Part shown: in pieces, positions 52,001 through 64,000 of the stretch | Numbering within the stretch: position 1 is the first letter of the stretch | Layout: each line of letters begins with the position of its first letter | Source: Paragordius varius | Taxonomy: Eukaryota; Animalia; Nematomorpha | Direction: 5' to 3' | DNA: 64,000 nt | Assembly (NCBI GenBank): GCA_964247055.1 | Contig: OZ176058.1 | Coordinates: 2,542,001 to 2,606,000 of the forward strand | The notes under the pieces: generated by a model | What the model was told of the DNA's origin: nothing | The model's input: the letters and a program-made list of their open reading frames with translations, nothing else | The model's database searches: none | Translations under genes and position numbers: made by a program

Positions 52001-53052
52001 AATATAACAAATCAGGTTTCGCCAAATACCCACCTGATTGCAAGTAGTTTTTATTTTTGATATTAATAAAAATTGTTATTTTAGTTTTTCGAATGGATGA
52101 TAATTGTTGCATAAGATTCCGCCTAATAACGATATATAAACGAATCACACTTATTAAAAAACTAACTAAATATAACACTAAAATATTATATGATAAAACT
52201 CAAAATATCAAGTAATAATGAGAGCCTTCGTCAATAGTATTACAGATTATTATGTGGTTAACACTGATAGCGTAATATTAAAATAAAATTCTAAAGACAA
52301 AACATAAAGACTAACTTTTAAGAAAATCATATTTTTTTTAGCGGTTGTTATGAATGAATGCATTCGGAAGCGATCAGCCTGGTTTTTCTATAAGTGTGTG
52401 ATATTAAATGTTACTGAAAATTTTCAAGTAATATTGAAAACTTACGTCAATAGTATCACAGACTAGTTTGTAGATAACACTGATAGAGTAATATCAAATA
52501 AAATTAAAACATAAATTGTTAAAGATTTTTATAAAAAAATATATTTTAGTGGTTGTTATCATGAATGACTGCATTCAGAAGCAATCAGCCTGGTTTAATT
52601 ATATGAAGGGTGTAATAATCCAACCCTAAATACGATTTGTGTTTCCTTAAAATAAAACTTTACCTATAAAAACAAAACATAAAAATTAAAGGACACATAT
52701 TTTTTTCCAAAAGGCATATACTTTTTTAAACATTGGTTTTTTCCATATAAACAATTTATGGAAATCAATTATACAATTTAGTATACTAATCAATTTACAC
52801 CTCTAATTTCCATTATAACCATAATCTATTGATAATAAAAATTGAAATTGAAATATGTTTGTTTTTTAAGAAAAATATTTTTCTTTTCATTTTTACATTT
52901 TGTTAATTTTATGTAAATTTATCTTATACAGTAAATATGTGTCGTGCACTGGGGGGAGTGTGGTTATGTCTTGCCCATCAGGCTTGGTTTGGAACCCTAA
53001 TGTGGGAGCTTGCGATTGGAGTTACAATTATGCCTGTACACCCTGTTCCTAA
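45534..53052 (+). CDS. GH18 chitinase paralog 3, near complete (putative signal-peptide exon + catalytic domain + linker + CBM14-type domain)
   Basis: Exons 45534-45597 (hydrophobic RIKNIQFHFIHASLFICIFIR; less certain), 45710-45853, 46831-46930, 47421-47565, 48262-48359, 48770-48869, 49888-50040, 50676-50786, 51249-51341, 51793-52043 and 52932-53052 total 1380 nt in frame, ending TAA. Motifs are FHGIDIDWEYP, MGYDF, GVPFYG and GGAMIWELSQ. The initiator ATG was not found. Confidence 0.93.
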
Positions 53053-53072
53053 AACGAAACCGAAATTTATGG

Positions 53073-53105
<33 letters not shown>

Positions 53106-56100
53106 TAGATTTTAAAATAATATTTAGTAATAGCACACACACACACATAGACACACGAAAATAATAAATATATTAAAGTTTGTTTCAATCAGGTTTGCAA
53201 GCGATCACAAATTGGGACTTTAAAAGTTAGAATACTATAAAAAATAAAAGCTTTGTATATCAAATATAGAGGATTATGTTGTATTATAATAGTCGAACAA
53301 CTTTTAAAACAGTAATTTATTTACAAGTTACAGCACTGAGTTTACCCCAAAATGTAATCCTTTTACATGAAAATAAAGTGATTCCCACATTCCAAAAAAT
53401 CGCGATATCAGGGCACATGAAAAAAATTTTTTGGAGAAGGAAAATTTATTATAATAACACAGCTCAGGAAAACAGAGAGTTTTATAAAAATATCCTGAAA
53501 ATTATATATTATTTTAAAGTCATTACTTGAGGATTTTATAAAACTTTTGTTTTTGTCTTAAGAAAGTTATATCAACGTTTGTGGTACGTAATCCATTACG
53601 AAAAATGGCAAAATTTGCGTTGTGCTAAAAAATATGGTGAAGGCCAAATCGTAAATTTCTATGATATACACACAGCACACATGGAAAAATGTCCTGATTA
53701 TATATTTTATGGACTAATGTATCAGCATTACAACTTTTGGTTTTGGGCCAATGATATAAGAAAAATATTTATATTTTTTTGGATAATTGCCCATATCTAT
53801 TATTGAAATGTATTAGGTTTAAAATATTGCTGTTGGAAGGGAAAATGTCAAAGAAATAGTTAAGAAACTTGTTTAAAACTTATTTTTAGGAGGCATTTAT
53901 ATGTAACTGATCTTTAGTTGCTTTACAATTTTTGTCGATGTGCTTAGTGACAAAAATGCCTTTTGGGTTATTTTTAGCAAAAATAATTTTAATTTAAAAT
54001 GTAAATTACATTAAAAGATTTTATTATTTTTAAATTTTTTTTATTTTTTAAATATAATTATTGGCTGATTTCAAATCTATATATTATATATTATTTTAGT
54101 CTAAACTCGAATAGTAGATAATTTTAAAATTTTAGATAAGTTTGAGTTTTTTTAAATTTTTATAAATTTAGCCCTAGCGGAAATCCCTATAAATATGTAA
54201 TGTTAAATAGTAAATATAATTAATATATTAAATAACTTATAATTTCACCTTCAAAAAAACACGGTCGGACTAAATAAATTCAAATCTTTGCGTTTTACAT
54301 TTTTCTTTTATGTTCTCGTTTCGGTCATTTAAGTCAAAATTCTGAATAAAAACATATTTTTTCATTTAGTTTTAAATAAATTATAAAGTCTTATATAAAT
54401 TTTAACATTTTTATAATATTTTTTACTCAATTTTTAGCATAGGAGGAATGAATTGAATGTATTAAAATATCATGCGCGTTATACTAGCAAAATTCATTTT
54501 TTCCTAAACCACATACATTTTTATTTATCGTCCATCCCGTAGTTACATAAACCTTTACTTAAGGAATTTTTAAAAATGTTTGATTGCAATAGTTTTGGAT
54601 TTTTTACATTCCATATTAAAAATATTTGGTATGCATCCTTTGCACCAATATTTGCAATCAGATAAAAATTTAATAAAACTCTGCCCATTACGGAAAAATG
54701 GAAAAACTGGTTTTATAATATCTCGAAACGTTTTTTTACTGTTTCCATCATGCATCAAAATATTATGAAAAATATAAAATCCACCCAAAACATATGTATA
54801 ATATTCACAAAGAAATATACTGATAAAATATATATCATAATATCCAGATTATTATGGTTATTTTGTTTTGGCCGTTACGATGATTTATGAAATACATTTT
54901 ACACTTTTGTGGGAAACCTTATAGGAAAATGGCGAAATTGCGTCATTTTGTTGAAGGTATTTTTATGTTAAAATTTCATTCCTAAAATCATCTATAAAAT
55001 ACACATAATAACATATGAAAAGTTTAACAATTTTAATATTTGGTGGGCGCCGAAAGTCCTTTCCCTTCTAAAATTGTACTAATTATCCTAGAATAAACTC
55101 CAAAATGCCTGGTTACCGCAATAAAAATTATAAATATATGCTATGACACCTAAAATTTTTTTAGAAAAAGGATATTTTACTGAAATTTAATTTATTAGCA
55201 AAATACTGTTAAAGTTTCACACTAATTGAGGCGATGGAAACGGTAAAAAGCACTTTAATATCTGAAATTATTCATATATAATTAAATGAAGTTTTTAACC
55301 ACTTATCTCAGTCGAGAAATTTAATAAAAATATTCGTTTTAAAATTAATAAATTTAAATTTCTTTTTACACAACTTACCAAATTTAAAAGTAAGCGAACT
55401 TTTTTATTAAAATTCTTAGGTTTGAGAAAAGTTGAGTATCATCGAATTATAAAGTTAGTATCCCGTTTTTAGCCTCAAATGGGGTATTCTTACAAACTCT
55501 TTTCATATAAAATTTGCATACATTTTAAATATTTATTGACAATCTCTGCATATTAACATTTATAAGAAAGTCCATTTTAAAAGGCCATATTTTGGGACTT
55601 TTAGAGACTACATCTGTTTACATAAAAGGGTTTGCTTTTTTATGTTTATTAGCGATATTTTTGGAATAAAGTTTTACCAAAAATATTCAATAAATGTGGT
55701 CAAATTTTGCCATTTTCTTAAAACGAGCAGTTAGTCTAATTTAACTTTCTTAAATCACTCGTAAGGGTCAACAAAAGCAGCATGATAATCCTGATGCATT
55801 TTCTTATCAGAATACATCCCATCGGTAATATTTTTGTGGACACTCATAGGGTCCAAAACGGCTTTCTCAGAAAGATGAATTAAAATAACTCATAAGAGAT
55901 TGTTCAATTAGAGTTCTATATATAATCAAGCTTAATTAAAAAGTGTTTTACAAAAAAGCATACTATTTTTAACATGCCATAATTGGAATTGGCGAGCAAT
56001 GATAACATTATTTCAAAAACCGACAAAAACGGTGTTTCTAATTATAATATACGCTCCTATTTTGATAAAATCAACCTAATTAAGCCAAATAAAAATTAAG

Positions 56101-59100
56101 TTTTAAATATTTCCTTATCATTCGACTGCATTTTATTAAATATTCGTGGATGCTAAAATTAAAGTTATTACAAATCAATATATGGCCAGAAAATATATTG
56201 ATTTGCATTATTATTAATTTAGGTAATGGATGCTATGTTGCCTAAATGCCTTCAGGTTAAATGTGAAATATAGGCAATTGGAATGTATAATTTTGTATAT
56301 TGGGTGCATCAATGTTATATATTTGAAATGTTTTTTATACACGATATTTTTTAAAACATTCGATTTTAAACAGGCTAGCGTCGTCAATCTCGATTTGTAT
56401 CGAAGGATATGTTTGCATATAACTGTTAAAATAAAATGTTTTCCAAAAAGTCAAGTGCACATGGTATTCGGTAAATAGTGAAAAAGGTTTATAAACTCTA
56501 AATATTATAAAAATACTTTTTTTGTGTAATACGACGATGCCGAATATTTCTCTCACCTCAAAATTTGGTTATAGATATGTTCGTGTTCAAGTTTAAGTTC
56601 TGTAAATATTTGCTTTTTAGCATAATTTTCTCAAATTTGGTATACTTTAATCCTTCTGACATGTTAGGAATGTTCAGCATCAACAAATTATGAAAAGGGG
56701 ACATAATAATTAAAATGTTATACCGTTTCCACCACCATGCAAAATACTATAATACTCGCTTGACCAAAATTTTATTATAAGTACTATTTTTGAGCATAAT
56801 TACCATTTTCGGAAAAAACTTTATTGGAACATATCATACATATAAAAAATTTTATCGCAACATCTCGGTCTTTCCGCCTTAATTTTAAGATATACTCATT
56901 TGTGGTTTTGGGAGTCCAAATTTAAACTTTAACATTATATAAATATTATATGATAATTTGATGAGTTTTAGGAATAAATGTAAAAAAATTTTATTTAGCA
57001 TAATATGGTCAAATTATGCGATCTACAATTAATACCTTTCTAGAATCTCTCGTGAGCCAAAAATCAAAAGCATCAATAGAATAATGATACATTTAATTAA
57101 TATATCAAAATGAGACAAATTTATACCTCCCGTCTTTGTGCGCCCTGAAATTGAATTTTGTAAACAATATTGTAAATAAAGAAAAATTAATATTTGGTTT
57201 TTAAGTGAGAGTTTCGTGCCAAAATTTGTGTCATCTCTAAAATGACCGCGAGTTAAATAATTTAAATATACACAAACAAAATCGATGGAAAAATATCATG
57301 TGGAAATGCATAATATATTATGATCTATGTGTACTACAATCCTCATAATTCATTTAGTTATAGGCTTTACGGGTTATATAAGAAAAAAATGCTCTTTAGT
57401 GCTTTATGCTTCATATGTTTAATCCCAAAACAACATATATAGATAAATCTCATGGTCTAGTCCAAGATATTATATTATAAACTAAATTTAGCATTATTAA
57501 AATTTTCTATAGGCTCCTACGATCCTAAATTTATGCCCATCACCCACTAAAAAACGCAAACAAAACAAAATTGTGCGATAATTTTTATATGCTTATAAAT
57601 ATTACGGGTAAAATTTAAAAAACTCTTTCCGTATATTGTGGGTGGAGCGATAAAATTTTTTTGCCTTGACTTACAAGTTCTTCAAGTCTTGTATTGCTTT
57701 CATGAGATAAAATAATGTAACACAGACTTAAGTTGAGCAAAAATCTTTTTAAAGGTGGTAAAAAATCCAATGATCTAGTAAAACTAAAATTTTACGCTTT
57801 TTTGGTAATTGACCCATATTTAAAAATCGCAAAATTGCACATTATGACAAATTAAATTTTTGAGTAAATGTTAAATCCTAAAATTTATTTATTTCTTAAC
57901 ATAGAGTAAAAGTGTAGTATACAAGGTAAAAAAAGTTAATTTTTTTGTTATTTATTTTATAACAAAAAAATTTATTAATATATTTATACTGTGTAATACT
58001 CATATAATACCGTTCTAAATATAATATATATATATATATATAATATATATTGCGTGATAATTTTGGTTGATTAAAAGAATATGAGTTACAAAAATATGAA
58101 AACTAAAATATGTTATATTTAATCCCATGCCAAAAAAATGTAGTTGTTAAAGCGTTTATTGATTTGATTTCGATACAAAAGAAGTTGAAGAATTGAGGAT
58201 CCATTCTTGACATTTTTTATATTGTCGGTTTAATTCTTCATCACTATTAAAGGGTAAGGTAGTAGTTTGATGCATCTAAACCAACATATGTATTTATATA
58301 TTAAAATATTCGGCCAACAAAGTCCTATTGCCACTACCCCGCAATGTTGGTTGGGGCATGAAAATGCGCTAACTAACGGCAAAGGCCAGTTTCAAATGAT
58401 TTGTAAAATTATTAATTGTACAAGGGCATGTGTTACGGAAAAAATCGCTTCAGATTACCATGAGTAAAAATATTATGAATATAAATTCGTGATACGAAAA
58501 CTCCGAATCGAGAGTCTAACCTTCTATGATAAAAAAATGACGATGATAATAATTAAATCTTACAACCCACTACATTTAATTGTTTAATTTTACTTGAATC
58601 TAAAAAAATCACTTATGTTATTTTTATTTTTTTTATTATAAACTTTAATAATTTACATGACTAAACCTTATATAGATATTAAAATATATATAATTCAAAA
58701 TAATATTATATGAAACATAATGATTTTTTTACTTTTAAATAAAATGCGCAATATCGACGAAAGTTTTTCCATCCAGTATAAATATAATTCCCACAGCAAC
58801 CGGTTAGGCAATAAACGCTCTTACAAATTCCGTTAATGAAACATTTAGTAATGATGACCAGGATGAAATAATTATTGATTGATTTTTTTAATTCGGATTC
58901 CAATAAATTTATCTATTCAATTTTTTCTTTTAATATTTAAATCTTCTGACATTTAATTCTTAGTGGAAGCCTACTTTTTGGTATATTTTTATTTGTAGGA
59001 CATTAAGTATATTATAAGGAATTAATTGTAAAAATAAAAGATATTTTAAATTATCAGTGTATTAAAGTAACACTTTTATATATAAAACCTTCATTCTAAA

Positions 59101-59681
59101 CCATTTTAAATTATTTTTATAAAATTTTAAGTAGTATTTATTTTTGAGGAATATTGTTCTGCCTAAATCACCCTACTTGAACCTATCGTTTAGAAATAAG
59201 GAATATATGTGTGTTTACTTTAATTTTGACGTTAGCTATCATTATATGGTTTAATTGAGATCAAATAAAAAATATGGTTTTCTTTATGAAAAAATTGTTC
59301 CTACTTTTTTTATAACTTTTTCAAGTTTTACTTCCTATTTACCTTTTTAATGTTGTTTGGTCCACTGTTGGCCCCGAACGCCGAGGACAAATTAAACAAA
59401 TAATTTTCAAGTTCCATTAAATTGGCAAAATTTTCATCGATTTCTGCAGTCATGGATCTAAAGTAGTTGATATATATTTTATAAAAAGATAAAATCATTA
59501 GACAAGGTTAAATTCAAATGATTGATATTTTTCAGGATCAAAAATTAAAATAACCAATTAAAGGCCATTTTTCCTAATTAATTGTTAAAAAAAATTCACT
59601 TATGCATAGATTTTAATTAATAAACTATATCCCGTAAAATATCAAAAGCAATTAACAAAAAAGTTCAATTATATGTAATAT

Positions 59682-62600
59682 CTACTCATCATCTTTCACG
59701 TCTAGGTATTGATGGGTTATAGTTGGTTGCTTCGAAACTAAGTTAGTTTCCAAACCTTGGTAATTTTTAGCGGCAGAATCATTTCCATTTTTCCTATTGG
59801 TGGTAAAAGGAGGCACATGGCCTGATGTATTCATCATCAAAGAGGTCAAATTACTTTGAAGCACTGATAAATCACTTGGATTACTAAGGAGGTATGTTAA
59901 AAACCCCGGGTCGGATAAATAGTTCTTCAGCAATGAATCTGTGTTGTGTACATTTAAGTATAAATTATTTTAAAAAAAAAATTTATGTGTAAAGAACACA
60001 AAGTAATGCATGGCTCTTATTGTTAAACCAAAGGTAAATTTTTGAAAATAAACAAATTTTACACGTGAATTTTTTTATAAAAAACAAAGGGTCCAAACAC
60101 AAAGAAAAAAAAGCATGAAATAATTTGATTAGGCTGAAATATGTAAATTTTCTAATTTTGATTTAAAAATGTAAATGAACTAATAATTTATATTCCGAGT
60201 TATATCAGATTGGTTTCTATATTATTGTTACGGACTCTTTTTTAAAGCAAAAAAATAAGCAAGGGTATCTTTTTTATTAACAGATAGTTAGATAAAATTT
60301 ATATTAGAAATTGCATACAAAAGTTTTGGGTAGCGGCTACTGGTAAACCATTTGGTGGTGTGTCGGTTTCAGGTTTCGCGTTTTGAGGCCCCAACAAGTT
60401 GTTTTTGGAAAAATTTATCCCACCTGAAAATAAATCTCTTTTAGTTGTTTGATTCATTAATGGAGTATTCGGGAAGAAATTATTGGCGACGTTGCTACTG
60501 GCAAGCATCATCATTGTATTATTGGCGTTAGGCTTAATGGGTGATGTTTTAAGCTCATTACTAATGAGTGTGTTGTTGAAATCTTGAAATTTTTGTACCT
60601 CATTTACAATACTATCCCACGAAGATGATCTAGACACTAAATTACAATATATATATTATTTACGATTCAAATTCACCCTTGAACAAAGCAAATTTACCCT
60701 AAAAATAAATTGTGTGTTTTCGAGCTAATATAACTCATCATTAATATAAAATATATTTTTATGGCATAATATATTATTTTGTCAGTATTATATTAATTTT
60801 AAACATAACTTCATTTTTTAAAAATATAAAAAAATAGGTAATATTTAATTACAAAATAATTTATTTTAGGGTGAATTTGAATTGTTCGAGGGTGAATTCA
60901 AACTGTAAATGGTTGATATACCAGGTATAATAGTAGTAAATTTTTAGCGTTTTTTTAAGAAAAAATGTAATTTTGAAATGATATAAATATTGTCTATCGG
61001 CTTTTACACATTTTGATATCTCGAGTGGTTATTAATCACGTAACAGAAAAATTGATTGTTTTACACAAAAAACAATTTGTCAAGCCATTCTTCAACGCCT
61101 TTGAGATAATTAAAGTGTAGCTCTGCTAGGGTTTCACCTTTGATGCAAAGTTGTATCAGTCATATGGCAACAGGTGCTGAAACATTTCCTATTTATTTCA
61201 AACATATTGAGGACATGCTTTATCGATTAACACATCGTTTTAATATATTAAAAGTTTTGATAGTCAGGTTAAAAAAATGAGCGCTCTAGTGTACCACACA
61301 ACTGCAAGACGCATAAATTTAAGAGTTATTGAATAAAGATCAAACTCAAGCATAAAAAATGATTAGTTACAGCTGTTGCGAAAAGGATCAATAGATATTT
61401 ACGAGCAATGGGAGCCAATAAACTCGTGTAAATGAGTTAAACACAATTTGAATAAATGTCAAAACAAAAATTAAGTAATTTTGGAAATGCTTCAACGGCA
61501 CAAAAAAATCATTTTTGCATCGATTTGACATTACACAGAAAAAACCCTGGCTCTTACCAAGTGGGTCCATCTCAATACTAATACCAAACACCTTCGGCAA
61601 GAAGACCGAGCTATGTGTCTGGTGGGAGATATTGTTACTTAAGTGTGTTTTCTATCGCCGACAAATTATATTAAACTATGCTCCAATGTTGGACAGCAGA
61701 AATGACAAAGTGATTTTGCTGCATTTAAATAATCCGACTCACACACAAAACCAATGAGATACACCTTGTATTAACTTCAATGGGAACTGTCGGATCCGCT
61801 TAATTCTCCTGACCTAGCGCCATCTGTCTAATACAACATGGCATTAATGGGCATACCTCGTAGAGTAGTAGTCTAATAATCTCAAAGACGTTGGGAATGG
61901 TTGGGCAAAGGGTTTTACCCAAATGAAAATTAATTTTTCTTGCAGGGCATTCATATATGAGTGAGATGGGGGAAATGTGTAGAAGCCAATGTACAATATT
62001 TTAATTTACATTCAAAATTACATGTTTTTTACTAAAAGCATATTACCACACCTGATATATTTAATTAAGAATTACTCGCTTTTTTGTGATATGGCGGCAC
62101 TTGTTTTCCAGAGTAGTTACTGTTACCATAATTTGGTGAATATAATGGATTATTATTATTATTATTATTGTTAAGGCCGGTATTGCTATTATTTTGATAC
62201 ATTAAATCAGTAAGCCCACTATATTCACTAGATAGCATCAGAGATGATTCACCACCCCCATTACTATAAAAATCTGAGGAAGCGGCAAAGTCAGTTAAAT
62301 TGGCAAAAGGGGAGGAATCGGATGAAAATTCTGAAGCATAAAAATTATTCAAATCTCTGGAATGATTTGGCTTCATATTATCCTTTAGATTGCTAAATGA
62401 TACAACATTGCTCCAAAGTTGATTGGCATCATTGGACGAATTAGAATTATATTTTCTAAAAGGATAAACATTTATGTATACCATTTACAATTCAAACTCA
62501 CCCTCGTACAATTCAAATTACCCTTCAATTAAAATATATGTTTTTTAGATTAAAAAATACCGTATTTTTATATATTTAAAAAATCAAAATTTTGTTTTAA

Positions 62601-63284
62601 ATCAATAACAATACTGAAAAAATAATAAACTTGTCATAGAGATAAATTTCATATTAATAAGAGTAGTTCGAAAACATATAATTTATTTTTAAGGTGAATT
62701 TGAATTGTTCGAGGGTGAATTTGAATTGTTTAAGGATCAATTTGAACTGTAAACCGTATATACAACAAAATGTCCTAAAGTATCAATTACATTGATTAAT
62801 AGCAATGTAACTTTTTGGTGGAAAATTATTATTTCCAATTAAAATTTTGCGTAAATCGTATTATTAACCTTTAAATGAGCCTAAAAATAGATAGCGCCCA
62901 ATACGAGCCAAGTTTTACAAGTTACCGTTAAGAAATGTGTGCGCATTTTTTTGTTAAAAGTAAGGGGTCCTTATAGGGGACTACTGTAGTCATTAGTTAA
63001 AACTCATTATAAAAAGTTTCAAACATACTTTATTGGGCTAAATAGGGCTTGAACCTTCTTATTGTTGTTGTGGAATGATACCGTTTTTGTGATAAATTCA
63101 TTATAATTATCCTTTCCAGGGATAAAAGAAGTATTGTTGCTATTATTACCAAAATCAGATTTATTATAATTTTCCCAGAGAGCTGATAATTCGCTATGAG
63201 CCTTGTGTGCCATTTGACTTAAGGTACGGGGATCATTCGCATTATATAGGGAACTGCCATCAATGTTCATGGTATTGTTAGAAC
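59682..63284 (-). CDS. Unidentified multi-exon gene, 3' part; Asn/Ser-rich low-complexity protein
   Basis: Minus-strand exons 63284-63029, 62455-62076, 60636-60319 and 59938-59682 have GT-AG boundaries and compatible phases (1/2/1/1). They match four ORFs in the track. The exact donor at 62076 and the terminal exon are uncertain. No domain was recognised. Confidence 0.72.
60921..62055 (+). mobile_element. Mariner (mauritiana/Mos1-like) element, degenerate, inside an intron of the minus-strand gene
   Basis: Flanked by TA on both sides. Left end is CCAGGT; the right end read inward is TCAGGTGT. Transposase fragments are PNTFGKKTELCVWW, KVILLH.N, WE...NSPDLAPS and GI...RWGKCVEAN. Confidence 0.85.
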
Positions 63285-64000
63285 CTAAAAGATATAGTTT
63301 ATCGAGATTTTTAATGATGCCAAATATATAGTAAGACTCAAAATTAACATGTATATAATGAAAGTTATAAAAAACTAAAACATTATTTCGTTTTTGACTT
63401 TTATAAACACTAATTTTTAGTTTATATTTTAAATTTATTTTCACCTTTGACAAAGATTACTTTTATAGTAATCCGAGATTCCTAATAAATTCATTCGATT
63501 ATAGCTGTAATATAATCCCAATGTGGATAAAATAACTAACAGAAACAATTAAAAAATTAAATTCCCTAATTTTAACAACTTATGCTATTTAAGGGTAGTT
63601 TTTAAGACAACTAGATATATACACTACATTTAAAAATGATCTGATGCAAATATTCGCAATAATAGGGGACCTTCTTATTATCGACCTGAATCTATGTGGC
63701 CATGAACAAAATTTTGGAAAACTTAAAATGTAATCTAGGAGAAAAATTACCTAAGGAAAAAACTTACTATCATCTATCCTATTTTACCCACCGTTAAGAC
63801 TTTAAAATTTAAGTTTAACATAATATTTCGAAATACATGGTGTATAAGTAGAAGCGAAATTACCGTATGAGTAAATAAACATAGTTAGAAGTTGTTAATT
63901 ATTGCCAAATAGTAAATACTCAAAAAAGTAACTATAAGCCAATAATACTGCCCTTTGTTGTATTAATTCTTTGGCAATTAAAAACTTTTTAGCAATATTA

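Noticed and set aside
53560-54960. Diverged direct repeats (ccattacg..aaaatgg..aaattgcg) downstream of chitinase 3
   Set aside because: The similarity is too patchy to define a unit or boundaries by eye.
58706-58915. Terminal exon of the minus-strand gene
   Set aside because: It is somewhat GC-richer and has a possible acceptor, but I could not build a convincing in-frame continuation; left unannotated.

Overview
This is a very AT-rich, intron-rich eukaryotic window, most likely from an invertebrate animal; the taxon cannot be fixed from the sequence alone. The ORF track misses the real genes because their exons are short. Manual splicing gives a tandem cluster of three + strand GH18 chitinase genes: the 3' part of gene 1 (124-2828), gene 2 (31659-40622) and gene 3 (45534-53052). 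Each has a catalytic domain, a Ser/Thr/Pro/Gly linker and a peritrophin-A/CBM14-type chitin-binding domain, with identical intron positions and phases. The 3' part of an unidentified Asn/Ser-rich gene lies on the - strand (59682-63284). The ~29 kb between chitinases 1 and 2 is a transposon nest. It holds three degenerate Mag-like Ty3/Gypsy LTR elements (two of them from a tandem segmental duplication), several hAT elements, Mos1-like mariner remnants and many MITEs. The most interesting signals are: (i) the catalytic domain looks bacterial-type rather than animal-type, yet has at least 10 spliceosomal introns and an 8-Cys CBM14 variant, making it a candidate domesticated horizontally acquired chitinase family; (ii) five of the 25 chitinase 3' splice sites appear to be AAG, four of them consecutive in gene 2; (iii) the LTRs end in AA or TA rather than CA; (iv) a hAT element carries a ~165/330-bp higher-order tandem repeat. 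All annotations were made by eye, with no database searches.
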